From the NCBI GenBank assembly GCA_963677485.1, contig OY781964.1:512001-576000 (forward strand): a stretch of 64,000 nt of DNA. Direction: 5' to 3'. Positions within the stretch are counted from its first letter, which is position 1; each line of letters begins with the position of its first letter. A program made the translations under genes and the position numbers. Under the pieces are notes generated by a model that was given only the letters and a program-made list of their open reading frames with translations, did no database searches and was not told the origin of the DNA. Shown here one piece after another: positions 20,050-30,002 of this stretch. The stretch comes from Armatimonadota bacterium. GTDB lineage: Bacteria > Armatimonadota > HRBIN16.

Positions 20050-21347
20050 TCCGTCTCTTCATCCTCCTTGTCGTCATCAACATAGTCGAACTCAACTTCA
20101 CCGATGCGCACCACGTCACCGTCCTGGGCACCGGCTTCCTTGATCTTGTCTAGAATACCAAATTTGCGGAACTTGCGGTGCAGGCGGCGCATCGCTTCTT
20201 CATTCTCCACGTCCGTCATCGCCACCAAGCGTTCGATGCCGATACTCACCACTTGATACACACCTGGCTCCGGCGTGGTGATTTCCCAGGCTCTGTCCTC
20301 GGTGCGCGTCGCCTTGATGGCGAATATCTCTTCATCGACTGGACGCTGCACAGGGATCTCATCCAGCATCTGCATCAGTTTGAACAGCAGAGGCCGTGTG
20401 CCCTCCCCTGACGGGGCCACGATGCGAAACACATCATACCCTCGGCTCTTCAGTTCCGTCTCCACGCGCTCGATGGTTTCGGGGTTCGCGATGTCGCACT
20501 TGTTGAGAGCAACGATCATGGGACGGTCGGCCAGGTCGGCATTGAACAGGCGCAGCTCTTCCAGTATCATTGCGAAGTCGTGAAGTGGCTCGCGGTCGGT
20601 GAACTCACTGACGTCCAGCATGTGCAGCATCACACGACAGCGCTCCACATGGCGCAGGAACTGGTGACCCAGACCCACTCCCTGACTGGCCCCTTCGATG
20701 AGCCCAGGAAGGTCCGCCATCACAAAACTGCGGCCAGGCTCCACTAGCACCACGCCCAGGTTAGGAACCAGGGTTGTGAAGGGGTAATCGGCGATCTTCG
20801 GTTTCGCGGCACTGACCGCACTGATCAGCGTGCTCTTACCCACCGAGGGGTAACCCAGCAGCCCCACATCAGCCAGAAGCTTCAACTCCAGCCGCAAAAC
20901 GCGTGACTGACCAGGTTCTCCCTTTTCGGCGAACTTCGGCGTCTGAATCAACGCGGTGGCGTAGTAAGCGTTGCCGTGGCCGCCGCGCCCGCCCTGACAG
21001 ACCCTCACGGACTGACCAGCCTCTACGATATCGGCAATCAGCTCGCCTGTGGTATTGTCATACACCTGGGTTCCGATGGGCACGCGCAGGGTGCATTCGC
21101 CACCGGTCTTCCCGTGGCGGTTGTTACCGGTGCCGGCCCCGCCATTATCTGCGTTGTAGTGCTTCTGAAACCTGAAGTCAAGAAGGGTTGTCAGGCGCTC
21201 ATCTGCGCTAATCACTACGTGACCACCATAAGCTCCGTTGCCGCCATTTGGCCCTCCGCGGGGCACGAATTTCTCTCGGCGGAACGAGACGCTTCCACTA
21301 CCGCCGTTACCGGCTGTGGCCTCAATGATTACTTGGTCGACGAACAT
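20046..21347 (-). CDS. obgE: GTPase ObgE
   Basis: MFVDQ start, FRREKFVPRGGP, GYPSVGKS, YPFTT, DLPGLIEGA, NKCD and a C-terminal OCT domain. Confidence 0.97.
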   Translation of the reverse strand: MFVDQVIIEATAGNGGSGSVSFRREKFVPRGGPNGGNGAYGGHVVISADERLTTLLDFRFQKHYNADNGGAGTGNNRHGKTGGECTLRVPIGTQVYDNTTGELIADIVEAGQSVRVCQGGRGGHGNAYYATALIQTPKFAEKGEPGQSRVLRLELKLLADVGLLGYPSVGKSTLISAVSAAKPKIADYPFTTLVPNLGVVLVEPGRSFVMADLPGLIEGASQGVGLGHQFLRHVERCRVMLHMLDVSEFTDREPLHDFAMILEELRLFNADLADRPMIVALNKCDIANPETIERVETELKSRGYDVFRIVAPSGEGTRPLLFKLMQMLDEIPVQRPVDEEIFAIKATRTEDRAWEITTPEPGVYQVVSIGIERLVAMTDVENEEAMRRLHRKFRKFGILDKIKEAGAQDGDVVRIGEVEFDYVDDDKEDEETE

Positions 21348-21372
21348 CAAATCACCCCCTGGGTGCTGTGGC

Positions 21373-21411
21373 AAAAAAAGCAAAAGTGGCCCGCTATAGA
21401 AGCAGGCCACT
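21373..21411 (-). terminator. intrinsic terminator between rpmA and obgE
   Basis: Minus strand AGTGGCCTGC-TTCTATA-GCGGGCCACT followed by TTTGCTTTTTTT. Confidence 0.7.
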
Positions 21412-21434
21412 AAAGAGGAAAATGAAGGCGTGAG

Positions 21435-21704
21435 TTAAGCGACTTCTGGTGCTACCACCAAATCAACGTTCACCCACTTAAGGTTAGCCTTCCGAACGAA
21501 CTTCACGTAGCCATCCACCTTGGAGAAGAGGGTGTGGTCTTTGCCCATACCCACGTTAGCGCCAGGATGGAACTTCGTGCCGCGTTGTCGCACGATGATG
21601 CAGCCGGGCTTGACCAATTGGCCATCTCCCGCCTTCGTACCGAGATACTTGGGCTTGCTATCGCGTCCGTTACGGGACGAACCCATACCTTTTTTGTGTG
21701 CCAT
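21435..21704 (-). CDS. rpmA: 50S ribosomal protein L27
   Basis: [29 protein letters not shown] and DHTLF. Confidence 0.98.
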   Translation of the reverse strand: MAHKKGMGSSRNGRDSKPKYLGTKAGDGQLVKPGCIIVRQRGTKFHPGANVGMGKDHTLFSKVDGYVKFVRKANLKWVNVDLVVAPEVA

Positions 21705-21742
21705 TACCGAAAACCTCCGCTAGCGTTGCCGTCCCCTGGGTG

Positions 21743-22054
21743 TTAGGCCTGGATGGACTGAACCTTTAGAACCGTATACTTCTGGCGATGGCCGAAGTGC
21801 TTACGATAGTTCTTTTTGGCTTTGTATTTGAACCCGTTAATTTTCGGGCCTTTGACCATGCCGACGACTTCAAAGACGACCTTTGCACCTTCAACGATGG
21901 GTGTTCCGACTTTAACATCGTCTACGCCACCAATCATCAGTACTTCATTTATCTCGAAGGTCTGGCCTGCCTCGGTTGGCAATAGTTCCACGCGGAGGAT
22001 ATTTCCCTCTTCCACTTGGTACTGCTTGCCGCCAGTTTTTACTACTGCGTACAT
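21743..22054 (-). CDS. rplU: 50S ribosomal protein L21
   Basis: MYAVVKTGGKQY ... GHRQKYT. Confidence 0.98.
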   Translation of the reverse strand: MYAVVKTGGKQYQVEEGNILRVELLPTEAGQTFEINEVLMIGGVDDVKVGTPIVEGAKVVFEVVGMVKGPKINGFKYKAKKNYRKHFGHRQKYTVLKVQSIQA

Positions 22055-22430
22055 GTATTTAAACCTCTGTCGTGACGTATTACCGCCTCAGCCTGATGAT
22101 TATACCAAAGGGCTGATGCCTCTGCCAAGGGCACAGGCGTATCGTGTTATTTTACCACAGATTTGTGTTGGCTGTTTTTACCGTTGATGCATCCGACGGA
22201 TTCGACCGATCCGACCAGTATTACGGTTATGCGTGACCCGTTGCACATCATTCACATACTATATTGTACAGTGAGTCCGTCGCTCGTTGCATAATATGGG
22301 TTGCATGACTATAATCCAAAGTGAGCAATCATCATGCATTGAGCTAAAGTAAGCCGCAACTTGGCAATCTGGCGGTGCATTATCATGGAGCAAAATGCAT
22401 CACACAGCTATGTGCATAATCTTACATGCT

Positions 22431-22918
22431 GCAACTACTCAGCCATCGACGGCATTCTGCTTTAGTCTATGATCTATAAGGCTGCTGTAGCTTCCGGCAC
22501 CCACGAAGTGGGTATGATTCTTATAGCGACGAGTAAGCACATGCCCGTGCTGGCACTGCAGACTACGCTGTAACTCATACGGTCGTAGGGGCGTCCCTTG
22601 TGGGCGCCCATCACGTTGATCATCCGATAGTTTTGGTTTTAGGGCGCCCACAAGGGACGCCCCTACGACCAGTAACCAACAAGTGCTAGCGCAACCAGTG
22701 GAAGGTTACCGTGAACCGTCTACCCCGTAGCGGCTACCGCGAATAGGTGCGACCCACTTCGGGGTAGGAATGATGCGCCGTTTTCCAGGGGTATCGCTTC
22801 GCTCACCCCTGGCTATAAGAATCTTACCCACTTCGTGGGTGCCCGCAGGGATGCATGAAGGCGTTGCGCATATGCATAACAGACGCTTGGCTGTATATTC
22901 TGATGGCTGAGTAGTTAC
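22431..22918. mobile_element. MITE-like element with GTAACTACTCAGCCAT TIRs, carrying REP-type cargo
   Basis: Ends GCAACTACTCAGCCAT / ATGGCTGAGTAGTTAC; flanks TACATGCT / TACGTGCT. Contains a perfect 29-bp inverted REP pair (22581-22609 / 22642-22670). Confidence 0.75.
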
Positions 22919-22976
22919 TACGTGCTTTATCAATTCGACAGCAGTTTTATTTACTACACAATCGAGGAGGACAACC

Positions 22977-23915
22977 GTGAAACCACTCTATGTCATGGTA
23001 TCGGCGATCATCGCCGCAAGTCTCGTTTCGGGATGCAGTTCACCAAAACAGGGTGCGGACATCAGCAAGCCGAAGGGTAAGCTGATCGGCATCAGCTTCC
23101 AGCACATGAACAACCCGTTTTTTGTTGACCTGGCAGAGGGTGCCCGCAAGGTGGTAGAGGCGCATGGTGACACGCTTGTGGTGCTGGACGCCCAAAGCAA
23201 CTCGCTGAAGCAAAAGAATGATATCTCCGACCTCATCATGCAGAAACCCGCCGCCATCATGATCAACCCGGTCAACTGGGAGGGCATCAAGGGCACTCTC
23301 GTCGAAGCGAAGCGGGCTGGTATACCTGTGATCGTGGTCGACGCCCCTGTGAAAGATCAGTCACTGGTCACATGCACCGTCGCCTCCGACAACGTAAAGG
23401 CGGGCGAACTGGTGGCCGAAGAGCTTGCCAAAAATGTGAGACCAGCGAAGATCGTGATGCTCAAACTCTCCATCAATAAGGCATGCATCGACCGTGTGGA
23501 CGGCTTTATGAAGGTGTTGAAGAAGTATCCCGATATGAAAGTGATTGATGAGCAGGAGTGCAAAGGCACGATTGAGAGCTCACGGCCTGTGATGCAGGAC
23601 CTTATCGGACGGCACCCAGATGTGAATGCCGTGTTTTCCATCAATGACCCCAGTGCCCTCGGCTGCGTTTCAGCCCTGGAATCGGCTGGTAAGCTCAAGA
23701 ATGTGAAGATCGTGGCGGTGGACGGCTCCAAAGAGGCGATCAACGCCATTAAGCAGGGCAAGATGCTGGCAACCTCGGCCCAGTTCCCCAAGGAGATCGG
23801 CAAGACCGCCACCGAGAAGCTCTACGAGTCCTTGGCGGGTAAGAAGATCGCGAAAGAAATCAAAGTGCGGGTGGAGTTGGTTACTAGTAAAAATGCCGAT
23901 CAATTCAACAAGTAA
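22977..23915 (+). CDS. sugar ABC transporter substrate-binding lipoprotein (RbsB-like)
   Basis: Lipobox LVSGC; NNPFF, VASDNVKAG, INDPSALG and VDGS motifs. Confidence 0.92.
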   Translation: MKPLYVMVSAIIAASLVSGCSSPKQGADISKPKGKLIGISFQHMNNPFFVDLAEGARKVVEAHGDTLVVLDAQSNSLKQKNDISDLIMQKPAAIMINPVNWEGIKGTLVEAKRAGIPVIVVDAPVKDQSLVTCTVASDNVKAGELVAEELAKNVRPAKIVMLKLSINKACIDRVDGFMKVLKKYPDMKVIDEQECKGTIESSRPVMQDLIGRHPDVNAVFSINDPSALGCVSALESAGKLKNVKIVAVDGSKEAINAIKQGKMLATSAQFPKEIGKTATEKLYESLAGKKIAKEIKVRVELVTSKNADQFNK

Positions 23916-25416
23916 ATCCAGCTTACTTGAGATCAGGGGAGTCTCCAAGCTCTTCGGTGGAGTCGCCGCTCTCCGTGAGGTGAGCTTCGAGCTTCGCGGT
24001 GGCGAGATTCATGCCCTTCTAGGCGAGAACGGCGCGGGTAAGTCGACGCTGATCAAGATTCTCGCCGGTGTGCATCTGCCCGACGCCGGTGAGATCATCA
24101 TAGATGGCCAGAGAGCGGCCATAAGCTGCGTATCCGATGCTGACCGCTACGGAATACGGGTGATCCACCAGGAGCTCTCGCTCGCGCCAAACCTCTCGGT
24201 GGCGGAGAACATATACCTGGGCCGTGAGCCCGCCCAAGGAGGGTGGCTGAACCGGCGCAAAATGTTCGATGACGCGCAGCGGCTTGTCGAACAGCTCGGC
24301 CTCACCGATATCGGCAGCGTCGGTGCTCTGGTGTTGGAACTGAGTGTGGCACAACGCCAGTTGGTGGAAATCGCCCGAGCGCTTTCGGCTCAGGCCAAGA
24401 TACTAGTGCTGGATGAGCCGACCTCCTCCCTGTCCGAATCGGAAACCGAAGCGCTCTTTGAGACCCTGCGCCGATTCCGCTCGCAGGGGGTCGGCATCAT
24501 CTATATCTCGCACCGGCTGGACGAAATCATCCGCATATCTGACCGCATCACGGTGCTGCGTGACGGCTGTTCCATAGGCACGCAGGACACTGGGTCAGTC
24601 AACCAGCAGCAACTGGTCACATGGATTGTCGGGCGCGAGATCGTGGACTACTTCCATCGCCCCGCCCACAACCCGTCTGGCGTCGCGCTGGAGGTCAAGC
24701 ACCTGGTTTCGGATCAGGTTCATGACGTGAGCCTGCAGGTCAGCTACGGGGAGATACTCGGCATCGCCGGGCTGGTGGGTGCCGGTCGATCTGAGCTGGT
24801 GCGTTCGATATTCGGCATCGACCGGCTGAAGACCGGTGAGATACTGGTCGATGGCAAAGCCGTTGCCATCTCCTGCCCGCAGAACGCCCTGGACGCAGGC
24901 ATTGTGCTCGTGCCCGAAGAACGTCGCAAGGAAGGGCTGGTGATGATTGAGTCTGTGGCATTCAACCTCACGCTGCCCTGGACGAAGGAGTGGAACCCCT
25001 CGTTCTTGCCCAATGCACCCTTGCGCCTGAAGATGATCAAGAAGGCGGTCGATGATTTCGCAATCAAGACGCCAGATGTCTGGCAGAGGGTGGACGGTCT
25101 GTCAGGCGGCAACCAGCAGAAGGTGCTTGTCGGCCGATGGATGGAGCACCGTCCGAAGGTGCTGATCCTTGATGAACCGACCCGCGGGGTGGATGTCGGG
25201 GCCCGGGAAGAGATGTTCACCATCATCAGCGGGTTGGTAGAGCAAGGCATGGCGGTGATACTTATCTCTTCCGACCTGGCCGAGGTGATGAACATGTCAC
25301 ACAGGATCGCGATCTATTCAGACGGGCAGATACTCGAAACGCATGACGCGCAAGCGGTCACACCGCAATATGTGATGGAAAAACTGACGGGGGCACGCAC
25401 CAATGATGAAAGCTAA
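23893..25416 (+). CDS. sugar ABC transporter ATP-binding protein (RbsA-like, two ABC domains)
   Basis: GENGAGKST, LDEPT, LSGGNQQK and DEPTRGVDVGA. Confidence 0.95.
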   Translation: MPINSTSKSSLLEIRGVSKLFGGVAALREVSFELRGGEIHALLGENGAGKSTLIKILAGVHLPDAGEIIIDGQRAAISCVSDADRYGIRVIHQELSLAPNLSVAENIYLGREPAQGGWLNRRKMFDDAQRLVEQLGLTDIGSVGALVLELSVAQRQLVEIARALSAQAKILVLDEPTSSLSESETEALFETLRRFRSQGVGIIYISHRLDEIIRISDRITVLRDGCSIGTQDTGSVNQQQLVTWIVGREIVDYFHRPAHNPSGVALEVKHLVSDQVHDVSLQVSYGEILGIAGLVGAGRSELVRSIFGIDRLKTGEILVDGKAVAISCPQNALDAGIVLVPEERRKEGLVMIESVAFNLTLPWTKEWNPSFLPNAPLRLKMIKKAVDDFAIKTPDVWQRVDGLSGGNQQKVLVGRWMEHRPKVLILDEPTRGVDVGAREEMFTIISGLVEQGMAVILISSDLAEVMNMSHRIAIYSDGQILETHDAQAVTPQYVMEKLTGARTNDES

Positions 25417-26383
25417 TGGCAAAACCACGACATCTGCGCTGAGGAAGATTGCGCCGTTGCTTCTGGCGGTGGTGGCGTTGGAGGCTTTCTTCGCCATGCG
25501 GATCCCCGGATACCTTAATCCAAACAACCAGATCGACCTCCTGCAGCAAATATCCGTCAATGCGATCATCGCCTTCGGCATGACCTTCACCATTTTGATC
25601 GGCGGCATCGACCTGTCGGTCGGCGCGGTGCTGGCTCTGGTAGGCACCGCCACCGTATCGATCATGGCGATGGGCAGCCCTTCGGCATCGCCTGTTCTCC
25701 AAATGCTGCTCGCACTTGGCGGGGGGCTTGGCATCGCCGCGCTGTTCGGGCTCTTCAATGGGATACCCGCTGCCAAGACCAGGATGCCGGCGTTTGTGAT
25801 CACCTTGGCTATGATGATGCTGGCACGAGGCGTGGCCTACCGGTTCAACGACGCCAAACCGATCGCGGTACCCGACAACGCCGGGCTGTTCCTGGCATTA
25901 GGCAATGCGCGGATATTTGGTGTAATCCCGGTGCCGGTGATTGTGATGCTGGTGATTTTCGCTCTGGCCGCGCTGCTTCTGCACCGCACCCGCTTCGGTC
26001 AGCACCTCTACGCCATTGGCGGGAACCGCGAAGCGGCACGGTTCACGGGCATTAACATCGTGCGCACGGAAATATGGGTCTATCTGTTGTGCTCTGTGAT
26101 GGCTGGCATCGCAGGCATTATCAACGCCTCCCAGCTCTACTCAGCGGAACCTTCCTCAGGACAGGGTTTCGAACTCAACGCGATTGCCGCAGCCGTCGTG
26201 GGCGGCACCAGCTTCACCGGCGGGATTGGCACCATGTACGGCACGCTGGTCGGGGCCATCATCATCGGCATTCTGGACAAAGGGCTCAACCAGGCCGGGG
26301 TCCACTTTTCGATTCAGTATATCGTCAAGGGCCTGGTGATCCTTACGGCGGTGTATATGGATGTTCGCCGCAACCGCGTGTGA
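25403..26383 (+). CDS. sugar ABC transporter permease (RbsC-like)
   Basis: GGIDLSVG, YAIGGNREAARFTGI and ELNAIAAAVVGGTS. Confidence 0.95.
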   Translation: MMKANGKTTTSALRKIAPLLLAVVALEAFFAMRIPGYLNPNNQIDLLQQISVNAIIAFGMTFTILIGGIDLSVGAVLALVGTATVSIMAMGSPSASPVLQMLLALGGGLGIAALFGLFNGIPAAKTRMPAFVITLAMMMLARGVAYRFNDAKPIAVPDNAGLFLALGNARIFGVIPVPVIVMLVIFALAALLLHRTRFGQHLYAIGGNREAARFTGINIVRTEIWVYLLCSVMAGIAGIINASQLYSAEPSSGQGFELNAIAAAVVGGTSFTGGIGTMYGTLVGAIIIGILDKGLNQAGVHFSIQYIVKGLVILTAVYMDVRRNRV

Positions 26384-26412
26384 GCTTGCCGCAAGGGTGG
26401 GTGATGCCTGCT

Positions 26413-28191
26413 TTACCCCTGTTTCCAACCGATCGTTCCATAAAGGTCATCATCGTAATTCAGATACCAGGCCCAGTCGGATGCGCTGCGACCTGTGTTG
26501 TCGGTGATATCCGGGTTTGCACTATGCTCCATAAGCCAATAAGCATACTCTCGGTTGTCGGTGACCGCAGCCCATATGAATGGCGTCATACCGCGATGAT
26601 CGCGCCTGTTGATATCCCCGCCTCGATCGAGTAGGAACTGAGCAGTCTCTGTGTCAATATCATATGCATAATGCAGCAGACTTTTCCCTTCACTGTCCAG
26701 ATTCAAAGGGTCGACACCATGCGAGACGATGAACCGGACGATAGACCACCTACCATATTTGGCATGATCAAATACGGGCTGCTCCCTGCCAATACCATGC
26801 CGTGTGAGATCAATACCATGGTCGTATAGTAGTTGCGCGGCCTCAATGCAGCCAACACTGTTCAATTCTGTTTCGTTCCACTCGTTCAGCTCATTGATAT
26901 CTGCTCCGAAACTCTGAACGAGGGTGAGATATTCGTCCGTGTAGTCTAGATATGGCACACTCCAGTATATGTGATACACAGGCAACACTGGCTGTGCGCC
27001 CATCTCTAGCAGCCGCGTAATGAACGACATCGGCGCTCGATTACGACAAGCTAAGGCGAGAGGTGAATAGCCGATATTTATTGGGAGTTGGGGGTCATAA
27101 CCGGCGTCCAGCAAGCGCAACGCAAACTCGTAACGCTTTCGCATGATCGCATGGTGCAGCAGCGTCGTTCCATCGGACGCTTGCAACTCCTTCCACTTTG
27201 CTAGTTCCTCAATAGGGGTATCATCGGGCAGTTCGAATGGATATGGATACTGTTTTGTACTCGCCGACTCGATTCGCTCCAACACCTGGCTATCACGCAC
27301 CTCGCAGTTTCTAAAACTGTAGAGACGTGAGATCTGCAACAAGGTGCTCCCATGTTTGTTTTGCATATATGGATCGGCACCTTTATCGAGCAGATAAGGC
27401 AGCATCTCTGGATGAAACAAATAAGCGGTATGGAGAACACTGTCACCATTGTCAGAGCGAATGTCAATCGGCCATCCCTTTTCAAGCAGATATGCAACCC
27501 CCTCAAGGCATCCCTCCTTGATCAGTAAGTGCATCGCGGTTTTTCCATACTGGTCTTTTTGGTCTGGAGTGACACGGTCCAGCAGAGCTCGGTGGATATC
27601 CCCAAACGGGATGCGATCCTGCGTGTCATACTGAACACGCATCAGCAAGTAGAGACACATTTCAAACACGCAGAACTGTTTTTCATCCAGGCGCGAGAGA
27701 TTCAACCAATCGCTCCAGAAAGGGTAATGGCGTTCTCCTACACGCATGGGATCTGCTCCTAACGCCAGCAGCATGTTGACGATGTTAATGTCCTGGGTAC
27801 TCACCGCGCTTTCCAGCAGCGAATCACCAAGGCATGGGTCCAGTGCGTTGACAGCGGCACCATGTTCCAGCAGGAACCAGACTGTCTCCCATTGATTATC
27901 ATGGGAAGCCACGATGGTATATGGTGATAACTCCGTGCTGCAACCAGCCGGATCGACACCCAAATTCACCAGGTGTTTCACTACATCGAGATGCCCATGA
28001 CAGGCATACCACATGGGCGCGTTATAGTGATATGGGTTATCTGTGAAGTTGATGCCTAGCTCCCAGAGTGCCGTTATGAGATCGAGGTTCTCCTCAGACA
28101 CGGCATCACCAGCCATGTCCCATAACTGCCTGTTTGTCAAGTTGTCAGCGGTGATCTGACGTCTAAGATAGTCTATGTGTTCGCGGTTCAT
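26413..28191 (-). CDS. ankyrin-repeat protein (paralogue 3)
   Basis: Repeated G.T.LH.A ... LL..GAD.N motifs. Confidence 0.88.
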   Translation of the reverse strand: MNREHIDYLRRQITADNLTNRQLWDMAGDAVSEENLDLITALWELGINFTDNPYHYNAPMWYACHGHLDVVKHLVNLGVDPAGCSTELSPYTIVASHDNQWETVWFLLEHGAAVNALDPCLGDSLLESAVSTQDINIVNMLLALGADPMRVGERHYPFWSDWLNLSRLDEKQFCVFEMCLYLLMRVQYDTQDRIPFGDIHRALLDRVTPDQKDQYGKTAMHLLIKEGCLEGVAYLLEKGWPIDIRSDNGDSVLHTAYLFHPEMLPYLLDKGADPYMQNKHGSTLLQISRLYSFRNCEVRDSQVLERIESASTKQYPYPFELPDDTPIEELAKWKELQASDGTTLLHHAIMRKRYEFALRLLDAGYDPQLPINIGYSPLALACRNRAPMSFITRLLEMGAQPVLPVYHIYWSVPYLDYTDEYLTLVQSFGADINELNEWNETELNSVGCIEAAQLLYDHGIDLTRHGIGREQPVFDHAKYGRWSIVRFIVSHGVDPLNLDSEGKSLLHYAYDIDTETAQFLLDRGGDINRRDHRGMTPFIWAAVTDNREYAYWLMEHSANPDITDNTGRSASDWAWYLNYDDDLYGTIGWKQG

Positions 28192-30002
28192 TCCTCATCC
28201 TCCTCGTCTACTGTCTCGCCACTGAGCTCATTGAGATAATCGTCCCTATACATGACATAGCTGGCCCAATCACACGCATTGCGTCCGCTGCTGTCGATAA
28301 TGGTCACATCCGCACCGTGTTGATATAACCAGTCATCGATGGTGGCGAAATCAGCGATCGCCATATACACGAGTGGGGTCATACCATATTGATCTTGCCC
28401 ATTGATGTCGACCCCGGCGTCCAGCAGCATCTGAGCCATCTCTTCAGTTAAGTGTTTCGGAAAATGCAACAGACTTTTGCCTTCACAGTCACGACTAAGC
28501 GGGTCGGCACAGTGTTCTATCAAGAACCGAACTATCTCCCAGTCACCATTAGATGCATAGTATATTACAGGCGGATCTGCCCCTTCACCATGCAAACAGG
28601 GATCACCGCTGCAGTTGAGAAGTATCTCGGCCGTCTCAGTATTGAGTAGGTGATGCCAGGCGGTATACCCGCAATCGTCTAGCTCGTTAATGTCTGCTCC
28701 GTGTTTTAGTAGGAGCTCCAGCAGACACTTATATTTGTCAACATTTCCCTGTAGGTGATATCCATGATGGCTTGGCATCTCCGGTTTCGATCCGGCAGCC
28801 AGAAGGTCCTTTATCAATTCGATGGGCGATGATACCTGGTAGGCCATCTCAAGTGGCGTATATCCGCGGCTATAGTTGAGAAAAGGGTTGAATCCGCGGT
28901 GATTCGCCAAATTGGGGTTGAAGCCAGCCTGAAGTAACCTGTGCACTAACTCGGTGTCGCTCTTCATGACGGCATGGTGCAGCATCGTGGTTCCATCGGA
29001 CGCCTGTACATCACGCCACTGGACAAGCTCATCGGATGTGATGGCAGGAGGCACATCAAATGGGTAAGGATACGGGTATTCGTCCGCATGAGATAGAGTG
29101 ATCTGCTCTCTCTGCGCACGATACCGGTCTCTATAGTCAAAAGGCAGCATATTTGCGATCTGGAAAGGCGTTTCCCCGGATTCATTAGTCGCTTGTGGAT
29201 CGGCACCGCATTGCAGCAGGAAAGATAACATTGGGGGGTTATAAAGCACTGCGATATGGAGTGGACTGTAGCCTTGCTCTGAACGAGCGTTGATATCCCA
29301 TCCTTTCTCTAGAAGGTAGCTGACCCCCTCTTCGCTACCCAGCTTAACTAGAAGGTGGATCGCCATGAGCTCATCAGCGTCACGCTGATCAGGGGTGACA
29401 TGGTCGAGTAGTGCTGCCAGAATATCATTGAAGAGCACAGGGGTATCATACCGTGATTTGAAAGCCCAGAGGCATTGATCAAATACGCAAAACACCTCTT
29501 CTTCGGGCAGGCAATGCCTCTCACCCCAATAAGAATACTCGCACTCCCCAACACGCATCGGATCAGCTCCAAGATCGAGAAGGTGTGTCACAACATCTAG
29601 GTTGTATTCCCTGCATGCGATCCCAAGTAGCGAACGACCATAACTCAAATCCAGGGCATTGATATCTGCCCCGTGTTCCAGCAGGAACCAGACAATCTCC
29701 CACTGATTATCTTCTGCAGCTTCGACGGTATATGGTCGTAGATTGACACTGCTTCCCGCCGGGTCGACACCCAGACCCACCAGGTGTTTCACCACATCCA
29801 GATGCCCTGAACAGGCACTACTCATGGGTGAATCACAGTGGTACGGGTTGTCAGTGAAGTTGATACCTAGCTCCCAGAGTGCCGATATGAGATCGAGGTT
29901 CTCCTCGGATACGGCATCGCCAGCCATGTCCCATACCTGCCTGTTTGTCAGGTTGTCAGCGGTGATCTGCCGCTTGAGTTCGTCTATCGGTTCGCGGTTC
30001 AT
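28188..30002 (-). CDS. ankyrin-repeat protein (paralogue 2)
   Basis: Ankyrin motifs; colinear with both neighbours. Confidence 0.88.
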   Translation of the reverse strand: MNREPIDELKRQITADNLTNRQVWDMAGDAVSEENLDLISALWELGINFTDNPYHCDSPMSSACSGHLDVVKHLVGLGVDPAGSSVNLRPYTVEAAEDNQWEIVWFLLEHGADINALDLSYGRSLLGIACREYNLDVVTHLLDLGADPMRVGECEYSYWGERHCLPEEEVFCVFDQCLWAFKSRYDTPVLFNDILAALLDHVTPDQRDADELMAIHLLVKLGSEEGVSYLLEKGWDINARSEQGYSPLHIAVLYNPPMLSFLLQCGADPQATNESGETPFQIANMLPFDYRDRYRAQREQITLSHADEYPYPYPFDVPPAITSDELVQWRDVQASDGTTMLHHAVMKSDTELVHRLLQAGFNPNLANHRGFNPFLNYSRGYTPLEMAYQVSSPIELIKDLLAAGSKPEMPSHHGYHLQGNVDKYKCLLELLLKHGADINELDDCGYTAWHHLLNTETAEILLNCSGDPCLHGEGADPPVIYYASNGDWEIVRFLIEHCADPLSRDCEGKSLLHFPKHLTEEMAQMLLDAGVDINGQDQYGMTPLVYMAIADFATIDDWLYQHGADVTIIDSSGRNACDWASYVMYRDDYLNELSGETVDEEDEE

